Shown: in pieces, positions 10,481 through 24,690 of the stretch
How the letters are laid out: the number at the start of each line of letters is the position of its first letter
Position numbering within the stretch: the stretch's first letter is position 1
The notes under the pieces: generated by a model
Seen by the model: only the letters and a program-made list of their open reading frames with translations
Told to the model about the DNA's origin: nothing
Database searches by the model: none
Origin: Squalus acanthias
Taxonomy: Eukaryota
Assembly (NCBI GenBank): GCA_030390025.1
Contig: JASTWF010000033.1
Coordinates: forward strand, 5,768,001 to 5,832,000
DNA: 64,000 bases
Reading direction: 5' to 3'
Position numbers and translations under genes: made by a program

Positions 10481-12187
10481 TCTTGCTGACTAAATCTCAC
10501 AAAAGGACTTTTATTGGCTGCAGTGCATCATTGCACCTTCGACAAATTCCATTTTCTTGTCCATAATCCAGCCTGTGCAGCTCATTTCTCCCACAAATCC
10601 AGATTGACTGCCTCAAACCGGCTTCACTCCAGAAATATTCTCCCTCTCACAAGCGACATGCTCTTTAGCAGTGGCGTCAAATGTGACAACTGCCGTCCCT
10701 CAAATATCTGTCTTGGATCTTCAACTTTTCACCGTATTTACGATTGACTTGGATGTTGCAATTGAGCGCTGTAGATCCAAGTTTGAAGATCGCACTAAGT
10801 TAGAAGGTCCGGTCGTAGTGCAAATGGCAACGGGAGCAAACCAAAGGGACAGAGACAGACGAAGTAAGTCGGCAAAACAAAGGCAAATCGAGTTCACTGT
10901 GCCCAAGTGTGACAGCATCCACCTTGCAACATTATGAGATAGTTCGGAGTATTTTCTAAATAATTGGAAGCTATTAACTGTTGAGGAGTAAAGAGGTTTA
11001 TGAGCCCCAGTTCACAAATCATTAGTAGCTGGCAGACATGGAGCAAAATACAGTTTTATTGTCCTGGTTAGGAAATTGTTTGCGCGACAGGAGACGCAGT
11101 TTACGGATAATGATCTGGTACTTTATTTGGCAGGATATGACGAGTGGTGTCCGTGAGGGATCTCTTATGTGGCCTCATCCATTCACCGATTTTATTAACG
11201 ACTTACTTGATGGGATTGAGAGGCAAACATTCAAGTTTAACGATGACAAAATAGATAGGCGGCATTATAAGCAGTATAGGTGGAAGCAAGAAATTTGCCC
11301 AGATATTCATCGATTATGTGAATGGGCAAATCTGTGGCAAATTGATTTAAATATTAGCGAAGTGTGATGTCATCCACTTCGGAACTAAAAAGGGACGTTT
11401 AGAATATACTCTATACAATGTTAAGCTGGAAACAGTTGAGATCCAAATAGACTTAAGGGTCCATGTACATATATCATTTAATGGTCATGGACAGGTACAG
11501 AAAAGAATCAAAAAGGCTGAATGAAAGGTGATACTTATGTCTATAGGATGACAATATAAGGGGGAGAAATTATGCAACAGCCATACAAAGCACTGGTTAG
11601 ACCACACCTGGAGTACTGTGTGCAGTTCTGGGCATCACACCTTAGTATTAGGCTTAAAAAGTGAAGCGTAGATTTACCAGAATGATACACAGAGTCCAAG
11701 GGACAAATTACAATGGGAGATTGTTCAAACTAGGGATATATTCCCTGGAATTTAGAAGCTTACGTGGTGATTTGATTGAAGTATTCACGATATTAAGTGG
11801 AACTGATAGTGTCGATAGAGCGAAGCTATTTCCGATGATTGGCCCGTCTCGGATTACAGGACACAGACTCAACATTAGTTCCAATGCTTTCAGGAGAGAA
11901 GTTAGGAAAGGCTTCTACATGGAATGGGTGGCAGAAATTTGTAACACACTTCCGCAAACAGCACTTAAAGCTGAATGAATTGGCAATGTGAAACTTGAGA
12001 TTGATAGATGTTGGTTAACCAAAGATATTAAGGGATCTGGAGCAAAGGGATGCAAACGGAGTTCGATCACAGATCCAATTGAACGGCAGAAAGACTCGAG
12101 CGGTTAAAAGCCCTCGTCCTGTTGTTATTCTCACTGCGGAAGGATCAGAGCACGAATGTAGAAATGAATATCGTGATTTAAAAGCAG

Positions 12188-12260
12188 CGCCCGAACAGGG
12201 ACTTGAACCCTGGACCCTCAGATTAAAAGTCTGATGCTCTACCGACTGAGCTATCCGGGC
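12188..12260 (-). tRNA. tRNA-Lys-TTT: tRNA-Lys, anticodon TTT (identical copy)
   Basis: Identical 73-nt sequence and TTTT terminator. Confidence 0.98.
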
Positions 12261-13956
12261 TCTTGCTGACTAAATCTCACAAAAGGACTTTTATTGGCTG
12301 CAGTGCATCATTGCCCCTTCGACAAAATCCATTTTCTTGTCCATAATCCAGCCTGTACAGCTCATTTCTCCCACAAATCCAGTTTAACTGCCTCAAACCG
12401 GCTTCACGCCAGAAATATTCTCCCTCTCACAAGCGACATGCTCTTTAGCAGTGGCGTCAAATGTGACAACTGCCGTCCCTCAAATATCTGTATTGGATCC
12501 TCAACTTTTCACCGTATTTACGATTTATTTGGATGGAGCAATTGAGCGCTGTAGATCCAAGTTTGAAGATCGCACTAAGTTAGAAGGTCCGGTCGTAGTG
12601 CAAATGGGAACGGGAGCTAACCAAAGGGACAGAGACAGACGAAGTAAGTCGGCAAAACAAAGGCAAATCGAGTTCACTGTGCCCAAGTGTGACAGCATCC
12701 ACCTTGCAACATTATGAGATAGTTCGGAGTATTTTCTAAATAATTGGAAGCTATTAACTGTTGAGGAGTAAAGAGGTTTATGAGCCCCAGTTCACAAATC
12801 ATTAGTAGCTGGCAGACATGGAGCAAAATACAGTTTTATTGTCCTGGTTAGGAAATTGTTTGCGCGACAGGAGACGCAGTTTACGGATAATGATCTGGTA
12901 CTTTATTTGGCAGGATATGACGAGTGGTGTCCGTGAGGGATCTCTTATGTGGCCTCATCCATTCACCGATTTTATTAACGACTTACTTGATGGGATTGAG
13001 AGGCAAACATTCAAGTTTAACGATGACAAACCGGCATTATAAGCAGTATAGGTGGAAGCAAGAAATTTGCCCAGATATTCATCGATTATGTGAATGGGCA
13101 AATCTGTGGCAAATTGATTTAACTATTAGCGAAGTGTGATGTCATCCACTTCGGAACTAAAAAGGGGCGTTTAGAATACACTCTATACAATGTTAAGCTG
13201 GAAACAGTTGCGATCCAAATAGACTTAAGGGTCCATGTACATATATCATTTAATGGTCATGGACAGGTACAGAAAAGAATCAAAAAGGCTGAATGAAAGG
13301 TGATACTTATGTCTATAGGATGACAATATAAGGGGGAGAAATTATGCAACAGCCATACAAAGCACTGGTTAGACCACACCTGGAGTACTGTGTGCAGTTC
13401 TGGGCATCACACCTTAGTATTAGGCTTAAAAAGTGAAGCGTAGATTTACCAGAATGATACACAGAGTCCAAGGGACAAATTACAATGGGAGATTGCACAA
13501 ACTAGGGATATATTCCCTGGACTTTAGAAGCTTACGTGATTTGATTGAAGTATTCACGATATTAAGTGGAACTGATAGTGTCGATAGAGCGAAGCTATTT
13601 CCGATGATTGGCCCGTCTCGGAGTACGGGACACAGACTCAACATTAGTTGCAAGCCTTTCAGGAGAGAAGTTAGGAAAGGCTTCTACATGGAATGGGTGG
13701 CAAAAATTTGTAACACACTTCCGCAAACAGCACTTAAAGCTGGGTCAATTGGCAATGTTAAACTTGAGATTGATAGATGTTGGTTATCCAAAGATATTGA
13801 GGGATCTGGAGCAAAGGGATGCAAACGGAGTTCGATCACAGATCTAATTGAACGGCAGAAAGGCTCGAGCGGTTAAAATTCCCGGTCTTGTTGTTATTCT
13901 CATTGCTAAAGGATCAGAGCACGAATGCAGAAATGAATATCGTGATTTAATTGCAG

Positions 13957-14029
13957 CGCCCGACCAGGGACTTGAACCCTGGACTCTCAGATTACAAGTC
14001 TGTTTTTCTCCCGACTGATTTGTCCGGGC
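13957..14029 (-). pseudogene. tRNA-Lys-derived pseudogene, anticodon mutated to TGT
   Basis: 10 substitutions in 73 nt versus the intact copies; D-arm/A-box disrupted; anticodon loop CTTGTAA; TTTT terminator lost. Confidence 0.9.
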
Positions 14030-14254
14030 TCTTGCTGCCTGAACCTCACAAAAGGACTTTCATTGGCTGCAGTGCATCATTGCACCTTCTACAATTTCCA
14101 TTTCTTATCCATAATCCAGCCTGTACAGCTCATTTCTCCCACAAATCCAGACTGACTGCCTGAAACCGGCTTCACGTCAGAAATATTCTCCCTCTCACAA
14201 CCGACATGCTCTTTATCATTGGCGTCAGATGTGACAACTGCCGTCCCTCAAATT

Positions 14255-15607
14255 TCTCGCCCCAAATCTCAGAGTACCTCTTCTCACTTTTCCCATCTCC
14301 CTGTACTATTCTGATTACTGCTTGAGCTCCCGGACCCCCTTACCTATCCGAAAGACTGTTCGCAAACTTTTCTCTAAAATATATATCTGCCATTTCGTTT
14401 TTACTTTCCAACCCGATAAGAATGCCTTGTAACATTATAGACTGAACCCGTCCTCAGCACGTTTCGAAAACAACAACCCTGACTCGGCTCGCCAATTTGT
14501 AGAGATTCACGTATCTTTGCTAAACAGGATCGAGTGCAAACCAATATCGTGCGTATATTGTGTTTAATCGGAGTTTAGGACGAATATAACAAACTAGTAA
14601 AACAGCAAAAACATACGACCGTGACAAGCAGCTGGTATCAGAACCGATCAGCATGCGTAAACAGTTCTCTGGCCTCTGGCCTCTTCTCCTTCTCTCTCTC
14701 TCTCTCTCTCTCTCCCTCTCCCTCTCTCGAACCTCCAATGCTGAGCATGGGCTCGCTCTCAAAAGAGCGTTCGACCAGCCCAACTTCTCTTTGCAACTTC
14801 TGTTCGGCTCTCCCCTCCACCGTCTGTGGGCAAGCCCTTGGAGTTTCACTTTTTATTCTCCTTTTAGGGTTGGGCCTGAGGCCAAGTTATTGACAAGACC
14901 AGTTAATCTGTAGAGGTTCCTCTAAAACTTCATCAACCATTGGCAGCTCAAGTTCTTTTTCTTGGATCTTGGATGAAAGCCTTCCCCAAAAGAGGGTCTC
15001 ATCACTTCATCCAATTTATCTTTCTTGTTTTTACATTTAAAGGTTCCTCCATTGGAATCCATCTTATCTCCTTTGAAAATATCCTCCTTAACCCAGCAAG
15101 TATAAGGCCCGGCCCTGTCCCTCTTAATCATGGCCCCAGCCAGAGCTGTTGCACATTAGCCAGTTGCTATCTCACCTTCATCTAGCAAATGACCCATTCT
15201 AAGATGGATACCTTTGCCTCCTCAAATGTCTTTCATTCTATGTCTATTCCTAATTCACTTTTAATTATCTTGAAAAGCAGTTCTGCTGAACAAATTCCAA
15301 ATTCTATCTGTGGAGATTACCATATGGTTATTAGTAACAATGCAAGAAACAGGTTGGGCCTTCACTGGCCAAATTAAAGATACATAATTAAAGTCAAAAC
15401 CCTAACTTACAAACCACAGATAACGTGCCTGACAGGACCATCCTATGGGCCCCCGTGTGGAATGTTTATGTTTCCCCTAATCTAACTGATTAAAAAGACT
15501 GTCTCAAATTCTAATGCATGCTTTCCAGGAAAACGGAACTTATCATTTAAACACAGCATTATTCATGCAGCCATATTCATTTTTAGGCACCCCTAGTTTC
15601 GAAGACA
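14255..15607 (-). mobile_element. LTR retroelement/ERV 5' end: LTR 15607-14498, PBS 14494-14477, truncated leader
   Basis: Minus strand reads TGTCTTCG...TCTCTACA, then aat TGGCGAGCCGAGTCAGG, matching the tRNA-Arg(ACG) primer-binding site TGGCGAGCCAGCCAGG with one insertion and one mismatch. ATTAAA lies ~70 bp before the LTR end. Confidence 0.7.
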
Positions 15608-18229
15608 TTGCTCTGTTCTATTGCATTGCAAATAACAATCATATTGCAAAGCGATATTCCATTGCAATGTGCTATTGCCTTGCAAATGACTATTACATTG
15701 AACGTGATATTCCATTGCAATGTTCCATTGCAATACAAATATCTACGATATTCCTAAGTTATATTCCATTGCAATGTGCTATTGCATTGTAAATGACTAT
15801 TATAATGCAAAGTGATGTTCCATTGAAATGTGCTATTACATTGCAAATGACGATTATATTGCAGTGATATTTCATTGCAATGATCTATTGCATTGCAAAT
15901 GACTATTATATGGCAAAGTGATATTCCATTGCAATGTTCTATTGCATTGCAAATGTCGATCATATGGCTAAGTGATATTACAATGCAATGTGCTATTGCA
16001 TTGCAAATGACTATTATATCTAAAGTTATGTTCCATTGCAATGTTCTGTTGCATTGCAAAAGGCTATTATATTTCAAAGTGATATTCCATTGCAATATGC
16101 TATTGCATTGCAAATGACGAATATATTGCTAAGTGATATTCCATAGCAATATTGTATTACATTACAAATGTCTACTGTACTGTTAAGTGATATTCTATTG
16201 CGATATTTTATTGCATTGCAAATTATTATTAAAATGCAAACTTAAATTCCATTGCAATGGTCTCTTGCTTTGCAAATGACGATTCTATTGCAAAGTGATA
16301 TTCCATTGCAATGTTTTATTGCTTTGCATATGACGATTCAAATGTAAAGTGATATTCAATTGCAATGTTCTGTTGCATTACAAATGACTACTATATCCTT
16401 AATTGATATTCCATTGCAATGTGCTGTTGCATTGCAAATGGCTATTGAATTGCAATCTGATTTTCCATAGCAATGTAATATTGCATTGCAATTGACTATC
16501 ATATTGCAAAGTGATATTCCATTGCAATGTTCTATTGCATTGCAAATGACGATGATATTGAAATGATATTTCCTTGCAATGTTCTATTTCATTGCAATTG
16601 ACTATTATATGGCAAAGTGATATTCAATTGCAATGTGCTATTGCAGTGCAAATTAATATTATATTGCAAAGTGATATTCAATTGCAATGTGCCATTGCAT
16701 TGCAAATGACTATTATATTTCAAAGTTATATTCCATTGCAATATGCTATTGCATTGCAAATTTCGAATCTATTGCAGAGTGATATTCCATTGCAATGTGT
16801 TTTGCATTGCAAATGACTATTATATTGCTAAGTGATATTCAATTGCAATAGTCTATTGCATTACAAATGACTAATATACAGTTAAGTGATGTTCCTTTGC
16901 AATATTATATTGCAGTGCAAATTATTTTTACAATGCAAAGTGAAATTTCATTGCAACGTTCTCTTGCTTTGCAAATGACGATTCTATTCCAAAGTGATAT
17001 TCCATTGAATTGTTCTATTGCATTACAATTTACTACTATTTCCTTAATTGATATTCCATTGCTATGTGCTACTGCATTGCGATTGAGGATTATATTGCTA
17101 AGCGAAATTCTATTAGAATGAGCTAATGCATTGCAAATGACTACTTTTTGCAAAGTGATATTCCATTGCAATGTTCTATTGCGTAGCAAATGACGATCAT
17201 ATTGCTAAGTAACATTCCATTGTCATGTGCTATTGCATTGCAAATGAATATTATATTGCAAATTGATATTCCATTTCAATGATGTATTGCTTTGGATATG
17301 ACGATCCTATTGCAAAGTGATATTCCATTGCTATATTCTATTTCAAAACAAATGACTACTATACTGTTAATTGATATTCCATTGAAATATTCTATTTAAT
17401 TGCAAATTATTATTACAATGCAAACTGAATTTCCATTGCAATGTTCTCTTGCTTTGCAAATGACGATCCTGTTGCAAAGTGATATTCCATTGCAATGTTC
17501 TATTGCTTTGCATATGACGATTCTATTTCAAAATGATAATCCATTGCAATGTTCTATTGCAATACAAATGACTACTATATCCTTAATTGGTATTTCCTTG
17601 CAATGAACTATTGCATTGCAAATGGCTATTGAATTGCAAAGTGATATTCCATTGCAATGTGCTATTTCATTGCCAATTACTATTATATTGCAAAGTGATT
17701 CTCCATTGCAACACGCTATTGCATTTCAAATGACTGTTATATTTTAAATTAATATTACATTGCAATGTTCTGTTGCACTGGAAATAAGTATTATATATGA
17801 AATGTGATACTCCATTGAAATGTTCTATTGGATTGTAAATGACTATTATATCGCAAAGTGATATTCCATTGCAATGTGCCAATGCATTGCAAATGAGTAT
17901 TATATTATAACTTTGTATTAGAATGCAAACTTCTATTGCATTACAAATGACTACTATTTTCTTAAGTGATTTTCCATTGCAATGTGCTATTGCATTGCAA
18001 ATGACGATTATATTGCAGTGATATTTCATTGCAATGTTCTATTGCATTGCAAATGACTATTATATTGCAAAGTGATATTCCATTGCAATATGCTATTGCA
18101 TTGCAAATGACGAATATATTTCAAAGTGATATTCTATTGCAGTGTTCTATTGCATTGCAAATGAATGATATTTTGCAAAATGATATTCCATTGCAATATT
18201 GTATTACATTAGAAATGACTACTATACTG

Positions 18230-19123
18230 TGTACGGAAGGCTGATATTTGAAGATATTTAGTGTATGGGAATCATATATGTATAACTTCAAGTGTAGCCA
18301 TTGACCAAATAATATAGCCCACAATTACTCCTGGGTAGCTACAATCTCAGAATTGTTCAAAATGTAGTGCACAGTCTGAAGCAGTTTTGACTAAACTTTG
18401 ATAACAAACAGTTACAGGCTGCTAGTGCAGGACAAATCATTAAATTACATACTACGATGCTAAGTAGAACTTAGATTTCGCTTAATAAAACTAATCACAA
18501 CAATATTTAAAGAATAATTAGTATAAATACATAAAATGAGAGAGATCATGGAGATAAGGTATTTAGCTGGTAGATTAAAGTGAAATAGTCTGGATACCTC
18601 AAGACGAGTGAAACAGCGCTGATATGGGCCCTTGGTATAAAGGCCTTGTACCAGGGAAGCTCGAGATGAAAGAGATAAAGTCAATTCCAATGGGGTGCAA
18701 ATTTATAAACAAGATAACACTGAACATGGCAAAGTTGGTGGAAAAATACTGGAAAGGCGGGATGCTGACTTAGTCGAAGTGACAATGGTATGTTAACCAT
18801 TAGAACCAATTATAAAAGGTGATCTTGTTGAAGACCATATATGTACACTGGCCAAACGAAGTTATTGATAAGAAAAGGGTTTAAACCGCGATACTCAAAG
18901 AACAATTTTACACAGACGTACTGCGAGAACAGAGGAACAGAATTAAGACGACGTCATCTGTATCCGAGAGGTTCCAGAGACCTAGGGCTGCGAGCTACTC
19001 GCTAAAACTATCGCCGAATATTAAGTATATTACGCTGTATGATTAATAAATCTTGATCTATTGCTCAAACATACTGGCTGCTGCCTATTGGTGTATTGTC
19101 GAAGAACTCAGAGATCATTAACA
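18230..19123 (+). mobile_element. Probable solo LTR inserted in the satellite
   Basis: Unique 894-bp insert TGTAC...TAACA with AATAAA at 19045-19050; no clean TSD seen. Confidence 0.65.
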
Positions 19124-21135
19124 TCTTAAGTGATATTCCATTGCAATATTCTATTGCACTGCAAATTATTGTTACAATGCAAACTGAAATTCCAAATGCA
19201 TTTTTCTCTTGCTTTGGAAATGACGAATCTATTGCAAAGTGATATTCCACTGCAATGTTCTATTGCATTGCAAATGACGATTATATTGCAATGATATTTC
19301 ATTGCAATGTTCTATAGCATTGTAAATGACTATAATATGGCAAAGTGATATTCCATTGCAATATTCTATTGCATTGCAAATGAATATTATATTGCACAGT
19401 GATATTTCATATTAACGTGCTATTGCATTGCAAATGACTATTATATATTATAAGTTATGTCCCATTGCAATGTTCTATTGCATTGCAAATGACTATTATA
19501 TTGCAAAGTGATATTCAATTGAACTATGCTATTGCGTTGCAAATGATTAATATATTCTAAAGTGATATTCCATTGCAATTTGCTTTGCATTGCAAATGAC
19601 TATTACATTGCTAAGTGATATTCCTTTACAATATTATATTGCATTAAAAATGACTACTTTACTTTTAAGTGATATTCCATTGCAATATTATATTTCATTG
19701 AAAATTATTATTAATATGCAAACTGAAATTTCATTGCAATGTTCTCTTGCTTTGCAAATGACTATTCAATTGCAAAGTGATATTCCATTGCAATGTGCTA
19801 TTGCATTGCAATTGACGAATATATTGCAAAGTCATATTCTATTAGAATGAGCTAATGCAATGCAAATGACTATTTTTCGCAAAGTGATATTCCATTGCAA
19901 TGTTCTAATGCATTGCAAATTACTATTATATTGCAAAGTGATATTGCATTGCAATCTTCTATTGCATTGCAAATGACGCTTATATTGCAATGATATTTCA
20001 TTGCAATGATCTATTGCTTTGCAAATAACTATTATATGGCTAAGTGATAGTGCATTGCAATGTTCTTTTGCATTGCAAATTACGATCATATTGCTAAGTG
20101 ATATTCCATTGCAATGTGCTATTGCATGGCAAATGAATGTTACATTGCTAATGATCTTCCATATCAACGTTCTATTGCATCACAAAGAAATACTGTGCTT
20201 TTAACTGATATTGCATTGCAATATTCTATTGCATTGCAAATGACGATCATATAGATAAGTGAAATTCCATTGCAATGTTCTATTGCATCACAAATGACTA
20301 CTTTGCTGTTAAGTGATATTTCATTGCAACGTTATGTTGCATTGCTAATAACTATTACATTGCACAGTGATATTCCATTGAAATGTGCTATTGCATTGCA
20401 AATGACAATTATTTTGCAAATCAATATTTCATTGCGATTTGCTATTGAATTGCAAATTACTTTTACATTGCGAAGTAATATTCCATTGCAATGTTATATT
20501 GCATCACAAATGACTACTATGCTGTTAAGTGATATTTCATTGCAATGTTCTGTTGCATTGCAAATAAATATTATATTGCAAAGTGAAATTCAATTGCAAT
20601 AAGCTATTGCATTGAAAATGACGAATATATTGCAAAGTGATATTCCATTATAATGGGTTTTGCATTTCAAATGACTATTACATTGCAAAGTGATATTCCA
20701 TTAGAATGAGCTAGTGCATTGCAAATGACTATCAAATAGCAAAGTGATATTCCATTGCAATGTTCTATTGCATTGCAAATAAGTATTATATTTCAAAGTG
20801 ATATTCCATTGCAATGTTCTATTGCATTGCAAATAAATATTATATTGCAAAGTGAAATTCAATTGCAATAAGCTATTGCATTGAAAATGACGAATATATT
20901 GCAAAGTGATATTCCATTACAATGGGTTTTGCATTTCAAATGACTATTATATTGTAAAGTGATATTCCATTGCAATGTTCTATTGCATTGCAAATAAGTA
21001 TTATATTGCCAAGTGAAATTCAATTGCAATAAGCTATTGCATTAAAAATGACTAATATATTGCAAAGTGATATTCCATTACAATGGGTTTTGCATTTCAA
21101 ATGACTATTACATTGCGAAGTGATATTCCATTGCA

Positions 21136-22881
21136 CTTACAATACATACTTTGGTTCTGTCTTCACAAAGGAGGACAGAAATAACCTCCCAGATACGTCG
21201 GGGAACATAGGCTCTAATGAGAGGGAAGAACTGAATGAAATCGGTATTTGTAGGGAAATGGTGTTCGGGAAATTTACGGGATTGAAGGCCGATAAATCCC
21301 CAGGGCCAGATAATCTGCATGCTAGTGTACTTAAGGAAGTAGCACGAGAAATAGTAGCTACATTGCTGGTCATCTTCCAGAATTCTATAGATTCTGGAAC
21401 AGTTCCCATGGATTGGAGGGTAGCTAATCTAACCCCACTGTTTAAAAAAGGTGCGGGAGAGAAAACGTGGAATTAATGACCGGTAACCCTGACATCGGTA
21501 GTGGGGAAAATGCTAGAGTCCATTATAAAAGATATAATAGCAGAGCACTTGGAAAACAGTAACAGGATCGGACAAATTCAATATGGATTTACAAAAGGTA
21601 AATCATGCTTGACTAATCTCATGGAATTTTTTGAGGAAGTAACTGGTAGAATAGATAGGGGAGAACGTGTGGATGTGGTGTATTTCAACTTTCAGAAGGC
21701 TTTCGATAAGGTCCCGCATAAGAGATTAGCGTGCAAAGTTAAAGCACATGGGAGTGGGGGTAAGGTACTGACTTGGATAGAGAACTGGTTGGCAGACAGG
21801 AAGCAAAGTGTTGGAATAAACGGGTCTTTTTCCGAATGGCAGGCAGTGACTAGTGGGGTACCGCAGGGATCGGTGCTAGGACCCCAGTTATTCACAATAT
21901 ATATTAATGATCTAGACGAGGGAACTGGATGTAATATCTCCGAATTTGCAGACGACACAAAGTTGGGTGGGCGTGTGTGTTGTGAGGAGGATGCAGAGAA
22001 ATTCCAGTATGATTTGGACAAGTTGGATGATTGGGCAGGTGCATAGCAGATGCAGTATAATATGGGTAAATGCGAGGTTATCCACTTTGGTGGCAAAAAC
22101 AGGAAGGCAGATTATAATCTGAATGGCAATAGATTGAGAGAAGGGCAAGTGCAACGAGACCTGGGAGTCCTTGTGCACCAGTCGCTGAAGGTAAGCATGC
22201 AGGTGCAGCAGGCGGTTTCGAAGGCAAATGGTATGTTGGCCTTCATAGTGAGAGGATTCGTGTACAGGAGCAAGGATATCTTGCTGCATTTGTACAGGGC
22301 CTTAGTGAGACCCCACCTTGAGTATTGTGTGCAGTTTTCGTCGCCTTATCTGAGGAAGGATTTTCTTGCTATGCAGGGAGTGCAGTGAAGATTCACCAGA
22401 CTGATACCTGGGATGGCAGGAATGACATATGAAGAGAGATTGGGACGATTGGTCTTGTGTTCGCTCGAGTTTTGAAGAATGAGAGTGGATCTCATTGAAA
22501 CTTATAAAATTCTAACAGGAATAGACAGACTAGATGCAGGAAGGATGTTCCCGATGGCGGGGGAGTCCAGAACCAGAAGTCACAGTCAAAGGATAAGGGG
22601 TAAGCCATTTCGGACTGAGATGAGGAGGAATTTCTTCACCCAGCGAGTGGTGAACCTGTGGAATTCTGTACCAGAGAAGGCAGTTGAGGCTAATTCATGA
22701 AATATATTCAAGTAGGAGGTCGATGTATTTCTTAAGGCTAAAGGGATCAAGTGATATGGGGACAAAGCAGGGACAGGGTGCTGAATTTGGATGATCAGCC
22801 ATGATCTCATTAAATGGCGGAGCAGGCTCGAGGGGCCGAATGGCCTACTCCTGCTCCTATCTTCTATGTTTCTATGTTTCT
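21136..22881 (+). mobile_element. CR1 LINE, 5'-truncated (RT domain and 3' tail)
   Basis: DKSPGPD; FQKAFDKVPHKRL; GVPQGSVLGP; FADDTK; (TTCTATGT)n tail; in-frame stops. Confidence 0.95.
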
Positions 22882-24135
22882 AAATGACGATTATTTTGCA
22901 AGTCAATATTTCATTGCGATTTACTATTGCATTGCAAATAACGATTATGTTGCAAGTATTATTCCACTGCAAAGTGCTTTTGCATTGCAAAGGACTATTA
23001 CATTGCTAAGTGATCTTCAATTGCAATGTTCTATTGCATCACAAATTACAACTATGCTGTTAAGTGATATTTCATTGCAATGTTCTGTTGCATTGCAAAT
23101 GACTATTACATTGCAAAATGAAATTCCATTTCAATGTGCTTTTGCATTGCAAGTGACTATTACATCGTTAAGTGATGTTCTATTGCAATGTTCTATTGCA
23201 TCACAAATGACTACTATGCTGTTAAGTGATATTTCATTTCAATGTTCAGTTGCATTGCAAATGACTTTAATATTGCAAAGTGATATTCCATTAGAATAAG
23301 CTAATGCATTGCAAATGACTATCAAATCGAAAAGTTATATTCCATTGCAATGTTCTATTGCATTGCAAATGACTTATATTTTAACGAAATATTCCATTGC
23401 AATGTTTTATTGCATTGCAAAGGACGATTATAATGCAAAGCGATATTCTATTACAATGTGCTATTGTATTGCAAATGACTATTGCATTGCTAAGTGATAT
23501 TCCATTGCAATATTATATTGCATTACAAATAAGTATTATATTAAAATGTGACATTCCATTGCAGAGTTTTATTGCATTGCAAGTGGTTATTATATTTCAA
23601 AGTGATATTCAATTGCAATAAGCTATTGCATTGCAAATGACGTATATATTGTAAAGTGATATTACATTGCAATGTGCTATTGCATTGTAAATGACTATTA
23701 CATTGCAAAATGAAATTCAAATACAATGTGCTTTTGCATTGCTAATAACTATTACATTGCAAAATGATATTCCATTAGAATGAGCTAATGGATTGCAAAT
23801 AACTATCATATTGGAAAGTGATATTCCATTGCAATGTTCTATTGCATTGCAAATGACGATTATATTGCACGGATATTTCATTGCAATGTTCTATTGCATT
23901 GCAAATGACTATTAAATGGCAGAGTGATATTGCATTGCAATGTTCTGTTGCATTGCAAATGACGACTATGCTGTTAAGTGATATTTCATTGCAATGTTCT
24001 GCAGCATTGCAAATGACTATTACATTGCAAAGTGATATTCCATTAGAATAAGCTGCTGCATTGAAAATGACTATCAAATAGAAACGTGATATTCCATTGC
24101 AATGTTCTATTGCATTGCAAATGACTGTTATATTT

Positions 24136-24690
24136 TGTTGGTGAAAAATTAATTCACTCGTGCCTGTCTCAAAGCAAAAGATCACAGTTTATTATTCAAA
24201 GCGCCCTGGGAGAAGGGTCATAGCCTGCGGTCTAGTGACCAGTTTCTCAATTTAATAGTGGCAGCCAAGCTTCTTTTTCCACTTCAAGAAGCCAGAAAAC
24301 ACAATCATCAGCACAGTTATTACATCATGAGCGACTCTTAGGGTCTCTAAAAACAACTTGATTAGAATCTTACAATGTTAGCGACATTCATCCACCACAT
24401 CTACTTTTGTCTAATAGTGGTCAGCCACTGCACCGCAACGTTTCATTCTTACGCCTTTTCGAGGTTAGTTTATTAGAGAAAACAATGATTCACGTTTTTG
24501 TTCTGCAGTGTCTGCATTGTCTATACCGCAGACTAAGCAAGCTGGCCTTTATCTAATTATACACCTGTCTCCATCGGCTTGTAGCCTTCGGGAGATACTT
24601 TGACCTTTACTATAGTCCTTTAAGCAGTTCAACTAATCTTAAGCAACTGATTTGCACTTACATTATTACAATTAATGTTTTACTCATACA
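24136..24690 (-). mobile_element. Solo LTR (555 bp) with 4-bp TSD
   Basis: TG...CA termini, ATTT on both sides (24132-24135 and 24691-24694), minus-strand AATAAA at 24188-24193. Confidence 0.85.

Larger units (their letters stand above)
9866..14254. repeat. ~1.78-kb tandem repeat (2.5 copies) of decayed CR1 fragments plus a tRNA-Lys gene
   Basis: TATTAGGCTTAAAAAGTGAAGCGTAG at ~9866, ~11646 and ~13417; tRNA spacing is 1780 and 1769 bp. CR1-like translations: RRFTRMI...LGIYSLEFRSLRGDLIEVF and RPHLEYCVQFW. Confidence 0.95.
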
